Shown: piece after piece, positions 47,507-55,473 of the stretch
Layout: the number at the start of each line of letters is the position of its first letter
How positions within the stretch are numbered: the stretch's first letter is position 1
NCBI GenBank assembly: GCA_963597395.1
Contig: CAVBPX010000004.1
Span: forward strand, 1,358-65,357
Direction of reading: 5' to 3'
DNA from: Eggerthellaceae bacterium
Lineage (GTDB): Bacteria > Fibrobacterota > Fibrobacteria > Fibrobacterales > Fibrobacteraceae
Length of the DNA stretch: 64,000 nucleotides
Position numbers and translations under genes: made by a program
Notes under the pieces: generated by a model
What the model was told of the DNA's origin: nothing
The model's database searches: none
Seen by the model: only the letters and a program-made list of their open reading frames with translations

Positions 47507-47524
47507 TGCAACCGAACGGTTGCA
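47507..47524. promoter_or_regulatory. perfect palindrome TGCAACCG-AA-CGGTTGCA in the XRE/FKBP divergent intergenic region (candidate operator)
   Basis: 8-bp arms with a 2-nt spacer, 35 nt upstream of the XRE ATG. No flanking T-run on either strand, so it is unlikely to be a terminator. Confidence 0.35.
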
Positions 47525-47628
47525 AAAGAAAAGTCCCCGATTTTTTGAAAATGGCTCCGTTCTTGCATTTTTGGGAAAACAAATTTGTTATCTTGTGAAC
47601 ATTCTGAATTTTATCCATAAGGACATTT

Positions 47629-48360
47629 ATGAAAAAATTGATTGCTCTTTGCACTTGCGCCGCTCTTTTCGCCGGCTGCAATGAACTGGGAACTGCCCGT
47701 AAAACCTCCCTGGTCTCGGAAAAGGAAAAGATCAGCTATGCGCTCGGTTCCATCTTTGGCGTGCAGGCTCACGCCCAGCTGGTGGCCCGCGATTCCATCG
47801 ACCTGGACATGGCCGTTTTCCAGCAGGCTTTTATTGAACACTACAATCAGGACTCCGCCAAATACCTTCTTTCGGATTCCATGGTGACCAGTGTTCTCAG
47901 CGAATTCTCGACCAAGCTTCAGAACGAGAAGAAGAAGAAGGACAGCATTGTCGCCGCAAAGACGCTCGAAGAGGGCGTCGCTTTTCTCGCCAAGAACAAG
48001 ACCGCGGAAGGCGTCGTCACGACCGAAAGCGGACTTCAGTACAAGGTGCTCGCCGAAGGCAAGGGCGAAACGCCGACCGATTCCTCGATTGTCTCGGTGC
48101 ACTACGTCGGAAAGCTTTTGGACGGCAAGGAATTTGACAATTCCATCAAGCGCGGTCAGCCTGCCGAATTCCCGGTTATGCGCGTCATCCCCGGCTGGAC
48201 GGAACTTCTGAAGCTCATGAAGGTCGGCGAAAAGGTTGTCGCCTGGATTCCGAGTGAACTCGCTTACGGTACTTTCGGACGTCCTCCGATGATTCCGGGC
48301 AATAGCGTCCTCGAATTCGAAGTGGAACTCCTGAGCGTCAAGTCCGGCGCTGAAAAGTAA
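47629..48360 (+). CDS. FKBP-type peptidyl-prolyl cis-trans isomerase lipoprotein (FkpA/Mip-like)
   Basis: 243 aa; lipobox LFAGC, N-terminal dimerisation helix region, C-terminal VHYVGKLLDGKEFDNS...PGNSVLEFEVELLSV. Confidence 0.92.
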   Translation: MKKLIALCTCAALFAGCNELGTARKTSLVSEKEKISYALGSIFGVQAHAQLVARDSIDLDMAVFQQAFIEHYNQDSAKYLLSDSMVTSVLSEFSTKLQNEKKKKDSIVAAKTLEEGVAFLAKNKTAEGVVTTESGLQYKVLAEGKGETPTDSSIVSVHYVGKLLDGKEFDNSIKRGQPAEFPVMRVIPGWTELLKLMKVGEKVVAWIPSELAYGTFGRPPMIPGNSVLEFEVELLSVKSGAEK

Positions 48361-48376
48361 GCTTTCGTTTGACGGG

Positions 48377-48405
48377 AAACCCGCTCCGGCGGGTTTTTTG
48401 TTTTT
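48377..48405 (+). terminator. Rho-independent terminator after the FKBP gene
   Basis: AAACCCGC-TCCG-GCGGGTTT stem followed by TTTGTTTTT. The T-run ends directly at the next gene's ATG (48406). Confidence 0.8.
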
Positions 48406-49737
48406 ATGATCAGTCGCATTTGCTGTCGATTTCTTGTGGCGCTCGTTTCGCTTGCGCCCGTCGCCTGTTTTGAACAGGGAAAGATTGACGAACTCTCCGA
48501 AAAGCTCGAGAGCCTGCAGGGAGAACTTTCAAACGTTCGCACGTCGCGCGAAGCCTTTGAAAAGAACCGCTTGCCGTCACTTTCCGTTTTGAGCGATACG
48601 GTGCAGCCGGGCGAAGGCCTCTACCAGGTCCTCGAACGCTTGCAGGTCGGTCGCGAGGACCGCCGTGACATCGTGCTTTCAATTCAGGACAGCGTGGAAC
48701 TTTCGAACTTGCGCGTCGGACAGGCGTTTCACGTGGCGCGGGACTCCTCCGGGAAGGTGAACGTCTTTCGCTTTTCGCCGAACCCGGCGACGGTGCACCT
48801 GCTATTTCGAAACGATTCGACCGGGAGCTTTGAATATAAACTTGTCGCGAAGCCGCTTACGGTCAAGCATTCCGTATTCGAGGGGACGATTCTTCAGGAC
48901 GGAACCTTGCACGGGACGCTACTTTCCGTCGGAATTCCGAGCCGCATGTCGGGCGTCGTCTCCGGGGTTTTGCAGTGCAAGATTCCCTTTTCGAGCGTGC
49001 AGCCGGGGGATCGCTTCCGGATTATGCTCGAAGAATCGTTTTACAGGGACAGCGTCTGGATTTCGGGAAAGGTTCTGTACGCGGAGTTTGAAGGCCGGAC
49101 TGTCGGTCACCACGAAGCGTTCCTCTACGAGGACGAGGATCCCAAAAGTTCCTACAACGCGCACTATACGGCAAGCGGCGAGGTTTTGATTTTTGACGGA
49201 CTCCGCTATCCGCTCGACAGGCTCCATGTGACAAGTCCGTTCGGTTCGCGCATCCATCCGGTGACCGGACAGCGTAAAATGCACAGCGGCATCGATTACG
49301 GCAGTCCCAAAGGCTCGCCGGTCTATGCCGTCGCCAAGGGAAAGGTGACCGTTTCGGGCTACGACGAATACAGCGGAAACAAGATTGCGATTAGGCATGC
49401 GGACAATTCCGTAAGCTACTACATGCATTTGAGCTCCCGCGGTGTCGGAGTCGGGCAGCAGGTGACGGGCGGCCAGGTAATTGGGCGCGTGGGAAGCACG
49501 GGCCGCAGCACGGGTCCCCATCTGCACTTGGGCTTTAAGGATGCGAGCGGAAAGTGGATCAATCCCAAGTCCAAGACGATGATTGCGACCCCAAAACTTC
49601 AGGGGGAACGCCTCGCCCGTTTGCAAAAACAGGTCGCTCAAATTCGGGAAGAAGTCCGCCTAACCGAAGAGGAAACTCCCCGGGCCTTTGAAGGCTCGAC
49701 GGTCAAGGTCAAACAGCGGGTCGTGTCAAAGCCCTGA
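48406..49737 (+). CDS. M23-family metallopeptidase (LytM-type), probable lipoprotein
   Basis: 443 aa; LAPVAC lipobox; HSGIDYGSPKGSPVYAVAKGKV... and GSTGRSTGPHLH motifs. Confidence 0.9.
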   Translation: MISRICCRFLVALVSLAPVACFEQGKIDELSEKLESLQGELSNVRTSREAFEKNRLPSLSVLSDTVQPGEGLYQVLERLQVGREDRRDIVLSIQDSVELSNLRVGQAFHVARDSSGKVNVFRFSPNPATVHLLFRNDSTGSFEYKLVAKPLTVKHSVFEGTILQDGTLHGTLLSVGIPSRMSGVVSGVLQCKIPFSSVQPGDRFRIMLEESFYRDSVWISGKVLYAEFEGRTVGHHEAFLYEDEDPKSSYNAHYTASGEVLIFDGLRYPLDRLHVTSPFGSRIHPVTGQRKMHSGIDYGSPKGSPVYAVAKGKVTVSGYDEYSGNKIAIRHADNSVSYYMHLSSRGVGVGQQVTGGQVIGRVGSTGRSTGPHLHLGFKDASGKWINPKSKTMIATPKLQGERLARLQKQVAQIREEVRLTEEETPRAFEGSTVKVKQRVVSKP

Positions 49738-51126
49738 AAGAATTCGGAAGGCGCCGCCGCGCTTGACTTCTTTTATCGCTTCGCTCGGAGAAAGTTCTTT
49801 TCCGAGCTTTTTCTTTTTGACGGAGGCGGTTCTCCAGGTCGGCTGGGTGTCCGAACCGTAACCGGCCGTGCGCTTTTCCTTGGCGCCCTTTGCCAGTTCC
49901 ACGGCCTTTTTCAGCGCCGAATCCGAATCGACGATGTAATAGTCCGGAACGAGACCGTGTGTGTGATAGGTTTCGTGATTCTTGTCAAAGAAAAGAATGC
50001 TCGTTGCCGAGGCAAATGCGCTGTCGGGTGTCAGCGCGTAGGTTTGCCCGATGCCCTTTCCATAAGAGTTCGTCCCGACAATCGGGGTCTTTAGGTTCAA
50101 CGTGATGGCCGTCGCGAAAATTTCCGTGCAGCTCGCGCTTCCGCTGTCGAGAAGCATCACGTAATAGCGTCCCGCGCCGAGGCCGTCCTCTTCCGCAACG
50201 TAGGTGTATTCCGACGAATCGCGTTCGCCTTTTTCCGAATACCAGTCCTTTTCGATGATGATCGTGTCCCCTTCGAAAAGCAGATCCGCGGCCATCCAGG
50301 TGCACAGGGATATTTGCCCGCCGCCGTTTCCGCGCATGTCGATGACCGTCGATTTGGCGCCTTCCGTCTCCTTGAGCGCATCTTCGAATTCCAGGGCGGT
50401 ACCGTCCTTTTCGTAGCCGTTCGTCTGCGTCACAAAGGACGTGATGCGAATGACTGGAATTTCGTCCGTCGAATCGAGATAGACGGACGGACTCATCACG
50501 ACCGTCCGGGTTATTTCCTTTGAAAGCGTATCGGTGTTGCGGAGAAGCGTCACCGTGAAAGTGTTCGATTCCGCGTCCGAAAGGAATTTCTCGTAGTAGT
50601 AAAGTGCGGAGTGTGCCGAATCCGCCGAAAATTCCGTACTGTCAAGCCCCAGAATCACGTCTCCCCGTTCAAGTCCCGCAGTCTTTGCCGGGCCTTCCTT
50701 GAAGACGTTCGTCACCCGGAGCGTCGAATCGAGCAGCATCCCGAAAGACTTCTTTTCGGTCGGAGCTTCGTACAGGGCCGAGTAGATGGAAGAAAAATGT
50801 TCGTGCGGATAATAGTTGGTAAAGGGATCGGACATGTAGCTGAACATGGTGCGGACCGCCGCGACGTCAAGATACTTGATGGCCCATTCCTGGTTGAGCT
50901 GGTTTTCCAGGTAAAAGTCGGGCTCTTTGAGCTCCTTTTCCGCCAGATAGTAGTAACCGTGGAGAAACGAGTAGGTGTAAAGGAATTCCTCGTTTTCAAA
51001 AACGCTGGAACTCGAGGAGCTTTGATCCTCGTCATCCTTTTCGGAAGACGTGGTGCTTGTCGAACATCCGATGAAACAGCCGAAAACGACGATTGTCAGC
51101 AAAAAAAGGACAAATCGTTTATACAT
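49726..51126 (-). CDS. S41-family peptidase lipoprotein (PDZ + tail-specific protease domain)
   Basis: 466 aa; lipobox FIGC; PDZ GLERGDVILGLDS; VIDMRGNGGG; Ser in DSGSASCTEIF; Lys in NSYGKGIGQ. Confidence 0.88.
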   Translation of the reverse strand: MYKRFVLFLLTIVVFGCFIGCSTSTTSSEKDDEDQSSSSSSVFENEEFLYTYSFLHGYYYLAEKELKEPDFYLENQLNQEWAIKYLDVAAVRTMFSYMSDPFTNYYPHEHFSSIYSALYEAPTEKKSFGMLLDSTLRVTNVFKEGPAKTAGLERGDVILGLDSTEFSADSAHSALYYYEKFLSDAESNTFTVTLLRNTDTLSKEITRTVVMSPSVYLDSTDEIPVIRITSFVTQTNGYEKDGTALEFEDALKETEGAKSTVIDMRGNGGGQISLCTWMAADLLFEGDTIIIEKDWYSEKGERDSSEYTYVAEEDGLGAGRYYVMLLDSGSASCTEIFATAITLNLKTPIVGTNSYGKGIGQTYALTPDSAFASATSILFFDKNHETYHTHGLVPDYYIVDSDSALKKAVELAKGAKEKRTAGYGSDTQPTWRTASVKKKKLGKELSPSEAIKEVKRGGAFRILSGL

Positions 51127-51147
51127 AAAACATTCTCCCGGAAATTT

Positions 51148-51900
51148 TTACGAATCGATATGGAGATTCTTTTTTTCCAAAAGCATTTTGGGCAGGGGAC
51201 CCGCCAGGGGATTGTTCACGAGCGAAAGCGATTCGAGCGCGGGGCATTTCGCCAGATCTTCCGGGATGGTCTCCAGCTCGTTTTCGTCGAGGACTATCTC
51301 GCGGAGCTTTTGCAAATTTCCGAGGCTTGCCGGGACGGACACGAGGCTGTTTCCCGAAATCATCAGGACTTCGAGATTCTCGAGATTTCCGAGGCTTGCC
51401 GGGACCGTCGTGAGGTCGTTGTTGTCGAGGTAGAGCTTCTCTAAGCCCTTCATCTTTCCGATGCTCTCCGGAATTTCGGTAAGCATGTTGTCGTGAAGCG
51501 AGAGCTTTTTGACGTGTTCCCAGTTGCCGATTTCTTCCGGAAGGCTCAAAAGCTGGTTTTTGGCGATGTTCACCGTCTTCAGGTTTTTGAGGGCTCCGAG
51601 TTTATTCGGAAGCTCGGACAGGCTGTTGTAGCCCAGGTAGAGGTTTTCGAGATGCGGAAGGTCGGCGACCGTCTCGGGAAGCTCCATCAGGTCGTTTTCG
51701 CTCACGGAGAGGCTCTTCAGGTTCTTGAGCCGTCCTATCTCGTCGGGAAGTTCCACGAGCTGGTTCTGGTCGAGAATGAGCTCTTCGAGGTCTTCGAGTT
51801 CGAACAGTTGCGGAGGGAGAAGGCGGAGCTGCATTTCCGCAAGATTCAGCTTCTTTGCTTTCTCGGCTTTTGCCTTGGCGATGAGTTCAAGAAGATTCAT
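51148..51900 (-). CDS. leucine-rich repeat protein (about ten 23-aa L..L..L.L..N.L..LP repeats), no signal peptide
   Basis: 250 aa; repeats such as LKNLKSLSVSENDLMELPETVADLPHLENLYLGYNSLSELPNKLGAL... 21 nt upstream of, and co-oriented with, the S41 gene. Confidence 0.9.
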   Translation of the reverse strand: MNLLELIAKAKAEKAKKLNLAEMQLRLLPPQLFELEDLEELILDQNQLVELPDEIGRLKNLKSLSVSENDLMELPETVADLPHLENLYLGYNSLSELPNKLGALKNLKTVNIAKNQLLSLPEEIGNWEHVKKLSLHDNMLTEIPESIGKMKGLEKLYLDNNDLTTVPASLGNLENLEVLMISGNSLVSVPASLGNLQKLREIVLDENELETIPEDLAKCPALESLSLVNNPLAGPLPKMLLEKKNLHIDS

Positions 51901-52101
51901 AGTGCCTTCTCCGTTCTAATTTTTGAAAAAAGATAGCATTTTTGGCTGTTTTGCGGATGTTTTGGCTAAAAAGAGGGATTTGGGCGCCTTGGTGCGCCTT
52001 CCCGAACGTGCCAAAAATCAATTGTAAATATTTTGAAACATCTTTTTTCGTAGGAAATCTCGAAAATAAGTGATATTTTAATTATCTATGTATATGTATA
52101 G

Positions 52102-52124
52102 TCAAACTCCGGTTCGGAGTTTGA
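52102..52124. promoter_or_regulatory. perfect 10-bp inverted repeat TCAAACTCCG-GTT-CGGAGTTTGA in the leader of the AIPR-like gene
   Basis: Lies 17 nt upstream of the ATG (52142), just before the AGAGGA SD, at the end of a ~240-nt AT-rich intergenic region. Confidence 0.4.
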
Positions 52125-52141
52125 GTGACTAGAGGATAAAA

Positions 52142-54025
52142 ATGGAACTGACAAAAGCGCAAGAGCGCAGACTTTCTTTTGTAGCCAGCCTGCTGAGCTT
52201 GAACCCCAACGATCCGACGGACAGGATCAAGGCTTTGCGGCATTTGAACCTCGACGAAGAGGGATGCTTTCACGGATTTCAGTATTCCCAGGGATTTCTG
52301 GAAATTTTCATCTTTATCGATGAAACGACGCCGCTCGAAAAGGCCGTCCACAATCTCGCTCACGACCTGAAACAGCTCCAGATTGCCGTTTTCCGCACGA
52401 GCGATCCGGACAATCCTTTCTTTATGTCGCTTCGCGAAGAGGCGGACCCGTGGGACGTTCTCAAGGTGGACGCCCCGGATGCGGACGAGGACGGTGACCA
52501 GCCGGCGAGCCGCCCGTATATGGAAACACTCGAAATTACGGTCCTCCGCACGCTTTCGAGCCGCTACGTCACGGACGCCGAAATGGAGCGCACGCTCAAG
52601 GACATGCGCCGCAAGCTGAATATCTGGAAGTCCGAGGTTCGCGCCAAGCTCGAGATTCGGGCGGAACACGACGACCTCGCGAAGGATTTCCGCAATAACG
52701 ACGACAAGCTCGACATTGTGATGCAGGACGAGCCTCTTCACATGACAAGCAAGAGTGGCGAACTTTTTGTGGGCTTTTGCCCGATTCGCACGATTTTCGA
52801 CTATCACCAGTCGCTCGGAAAGCGCCTCAAGACAAAGCACAACATGGCGATAGTTTCGAGCAATATTCGCACGTATCTCGGAAACCTCACCCATACGAAT
52901 GCGGCGCTGATTGACGCCTTCCAGGAGATGGAAAAGGCGAGCGACGCGAGCGACTTCCCGTTCCTTCATAACGGCATGACGCTCACGGGCGACGACCTCC
53001 GACTGAAGGACCGCGACGGCAAGAAGGTGCTCCAGATTGAGCGTCCGAAGATTATCAACGGTGCGCAGAGCCTTTTTACCTACGAGCAGTACTTCAAGAA
53101 AAGCAAGAACCCGGTGAACCCGTTTGTGCTTGTGAAGGTCGTGGTGCCGTATCCCGAGGCCGATTCGTTCCTGCGGCAGGTGACGATGGCGAACAACCGC
53201 CAGAATCCGGTGTTCAGCTACCACCTTCGCGCGGCGGACGATTTGCAGTTCTTTATTTGGCAGCGCTACCAGGAAGAGGGCTTTACCTACGTCTATAAGG
53301 ACGGTGTGCGGCTCAAGGCGCGCACCCGCAAGCTCGAAGTCCGCATGCGGCCCGAACTTGCCAAGACGCTCTTTATGATGGACGGAAAGATTTCCGAAAG
53401 CCGTTCGTCGGACTGCATCTTTGACAAGGAAAGCCTTTACCAGCACTGCTTCGGGGCATTCCTCCGCGTGGCTCCCGACAAGGAACGTGACTTTGTACGC
53501 AAGACGATTGCCTACACAAAGGCTTGGCAGCTGTTGACGCGCCTTCCGATAAAAATCCGCAATGTCGTTCCGGGCAAGGGCGTTTCTATTGAAGCGAACG
53601 ATGCAAACCCGCTGACGCGCATTACGTGGAACGGACGCCTCGAAGACAAGTTCCTTTTCCGCAGCGCGGTCCGCGATGTCGTCGTGGCCATTGCGCTTCG
53701 GCACTGGCTCGTTTACGGCAACCCGATCCAGGACTTTGAATATCTGGTCGATAACGAAATCAACTTCAACGAGTCGCTGCTCAAGTATGCGTCCCGCATC
53801 TACGGTGACTATCTGAAGACGATTCTCGTGAACGAGTTCAAGGACAACAAGGACTATTACGATACGATTACGACCATCGACAAGGATTCGGGCGAGAACG
53901 TCGAACGGCGCCTTTGGAAGGGCTTCGGAACGACGGCGACGTATGACAAGATTATGCAGATGCTAGTCGCGAAGGACAAGTCGTGGGAAAAGTGCCTGGG
54001 GGACATCGACTGCTTTCTGGACTAG
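52142..54025 (+). CDS. AIPR-family (abortive infection phage resistance-like) protein with uncharacterised ~230-aa N-terminal region
   Basis: 627 aa; SSNIRTYLG, FLHNGMTLTG (cf. NNGIT), IINGAQSLFT (cf. NG.QT) and MANNRQNPV (cf. N.QN) appear in the order I recall for AIPR proteins. Confidence 0.6.
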   Translation: MELTKAQERRLSFVASLLSLNPNDPTDRIKALRHLNLDEEGCFHGFQYSQGFLEIFIFIDETTPLEKAVHNLAHDLKQLQIAVFRTSDPDNPFFMSLREEADPWDVLKVDAPDADEDGDQPASRPYMETLEITVLRTLSSRYVTDAEMERTLKDMRRKLNIWKSEVRAKLEIRAEHDDLAKDFRNNDDKLDIVMQDEPLHMTSKSGELFVGFCPIRTIFDYHQSLGKRLKTKHNMAIVSSNIRTYLGNLTHTNAALIDAFQEMEKASDASDFPFLHNGMTLTGDDLRLKDRDGKKVLQIERPKIINGAQSLFTYEQYFKKSKNPVNPFVLVKVVVPYPEADSFLRQVTMANNRQNPVFSYHLRAADDLQFFIWQRYQEEGFTYVYKDGVRLKARTRKLEVRMRPELAKTLFMMDGKISESRSSDCIFDKESLYQHCFGAFLRVAPDKERDFVRKTIAYTKAWQLLTRLPIKIRNVVPGKGVSIEANDANPLTRITWNGRLEDKFLFRSAVRDVVVAIALRHWLVYGNPIQDFEYLVDNEINFNESLLKYASRIYGDYLKTILVNEFKDNKDYYDTITTIDKDSGENVERRLWKGFGTTATYDKIMQMLVAKDKSWEKCLGDIDCFLD

Positions 54026-54050
54026 TCCCGTTTGACATTTGAGTTGAATA

Positions 54051-54077
54051 GGCTTGAAGCGATTCAAGCCTTTTTTT
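54051..54077 (+). terminator. Rho-independent terminator after the AIPR-like gene
   Basis: GGCTTGAA-GCGA-TTCAAGCC perfect 8-bp stem with a GNRA loop, then TTTTTTT. Confidence 0.85.
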
Positions 54078-54089
54078 ATATTGGCGCGC

Positions 54090-55250
54090 ATGGCAAGTCT
54101 GCTCCTTTCGGTTATTTACATTTCGTTTATAAGTCTTGGACTTCCCGATTCACTGCTCGGCGCCGCCTGGCCTTCCGTGTATCCGGAACTCGGCGTGCCT
54201 ATTTCGTATGCGGGCGCGCTTTCGATGATTATTGCCGTGGGAACCGTAATCTCGTCGTTACTTAGCGTGCGCCTGACGAGCTTTTTCGGAACGGGAAGGG
54301 TGAACGCGCTGAGCGTGCTTTTGACGGCCGTTGCGCTTTTCGGGTTTTCGACGAGCGACGCCTTTTGGAAGCTTTGTCTGTGGGCCGTTCCGTATGGGCT
54401 TGGGGCAGGCGCCGTGGATGCGGCGTTAAACAATTACGTGGCGCTGCACTACAAGAGCCGTCATATGAGCTGGCTTCATTGCATGTGGGGCGTCGGGGCG
54501 ACTGTCGGGCCCTATGTGATGGGGCTCGCCCTTTCAAACGGTTTCGGATGGAACAGCGGCTACAGGGCCATTTCGGTTGTGCAGTTTGCGCTGGTCGTGA
54601 TTTTGTTTGCGAGCCTTCCCCTGTGGAAAAGGAACGTTTCGGCCGCGGAGGAAAGACCCTCGAAGGTGCTTTCGCTCAAGGAAATTTTTAGGATTCCCGG
54701 TGCGAAGGCAATGATGCTTTGCTTTTTTTGCTACAGCGCGCTGGAACAATCGACGGGGCTTTGGGCGGCGAGCTTTTTGAACGGTTTCGGAGGATTTTCG
54801 GCGGATCGCGCCGCAAGTCTTGCCGGGCTTTTTTTTGTGGGAATCACCGTCGGCCGCGCGCTCAGCGGCTTTGTGACGATGAAGCTTTCCGATGACGGGA
54901 TGATCCGTCTGGGGCTTGGCATCATCGCTTGCGGCGTCCTTTGCCTGTTTTTTCCCTTGCGGGCGCTTTCGCTTGCGGGGCTTGTGCTGGTGGGCCTTGG
55001 ATGCGCGCCCATCTATCCGAGCATTATCCATTCGACGCCCGAGCGGTTTGGGCCCGAAAACTCCCAGGCCTTTGTCGGCATCCAGATGGCGAGCGCCTAT
55101 ATCGGGACGACCCTGATGCCTCCCGTCTTCGGACTTTTGGCGCGGATTTTCGGCGTCTCGATTTTGCCCGTTTACCTCGTTTTCTTTTTTGCGGTAATGC
55201 TTTGGATGCATCGGGCGCTTGTGCAGGGGAAGCTTCGCGGAAAGGCTTAA
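54090..55250 (+). CDS. MFS transporter
   Basis: ATG 54090 (MASLLLSVIYISFISLGLPDS...) chosen because the TTG 54054 start lies inside the terminator hairpin. About 12 TM segments. Confidence 0.85.
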   Translation: MASLLLSVIYISFISLGLPDSLLGAAWPSVYPELGVPISYAGALSMIIAVGTVISSLLSVRLTSFFGTGRVNALSVLLTAVALFGFSTSDAFWKLCLWAVPYGLGAGAVDAALNNYVALHYKSRHMSWLHCMWGVGATVGPYVMGLALSNGFGWNSGYRAISVVQFALVVILFASLPLWKRNVSAAEERPSKVLSLKEIFRIPGAKAMMLCFFCYSALEQSTGLWAASFLNGFGGFSADRAASLAGLFFVGITVGRALSGFVTMKLSDDGMIRLGLGIIACGVLCLFFPLRALSLAGLVLVGLGCAPIYPSIIHSTPERFGPENSQAFVGIQMASAYIGTTLMPPVFGLLARIFGVSILPVYLVFFFAVMLWMHRALVQGKLRGKA

Positions 55251-55321
55251 GGTCGCCACTAAAAGCTCAATTTTCAAAAATTTGGGAGCGATTTTGACCA
55301 AAGCAATTTTTAGAGGTTCCC
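55251..55321 (-). repeat. dispersed intergenic element, expanded copy B (reverse orientation)
   Basis: The reverse complement reads GGGAACCTCTAAAAATTGCTTTGGT-[33 nt]-TTTAGTGGCGACC. It begins immediately after the MFS stop codon. Confidence 0.7.
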
Positions 55322-55473
55322 TTAAAAATCGGATTCGTTCGGGACTTTCCGAAGATTTTCACCGGGAAAATTTTTAATTTCTATCGGCGTTTTTGTGGGC
55401 AAGGGAACGATTTTTCTGTATTTTGAAACGGCTTTTGCCCCGTGTATAGGATGATGCCCGGATTTGGTCTAGA

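Noticed and set aside
52082-53704. 540-aa minus-strand ORF opposite the AIPR-like gene. I considered it as a possible overlapping antitoxin-like partner.
   Set aside because: It is almost entirely antisense to the motif-bearing + strand ORF. It would start deep inside it with no RBS or promoter context, and its product is R/H/V/L-rich without domains.
54032-54265. 77-aa + strand ORF and the TTG 54054 start of the MFS ORF.
   Set aside because: Both begin within or span the strong terminator hairpin (54051-54077). ATG 54090 gives a sensible MFS N-terminus.
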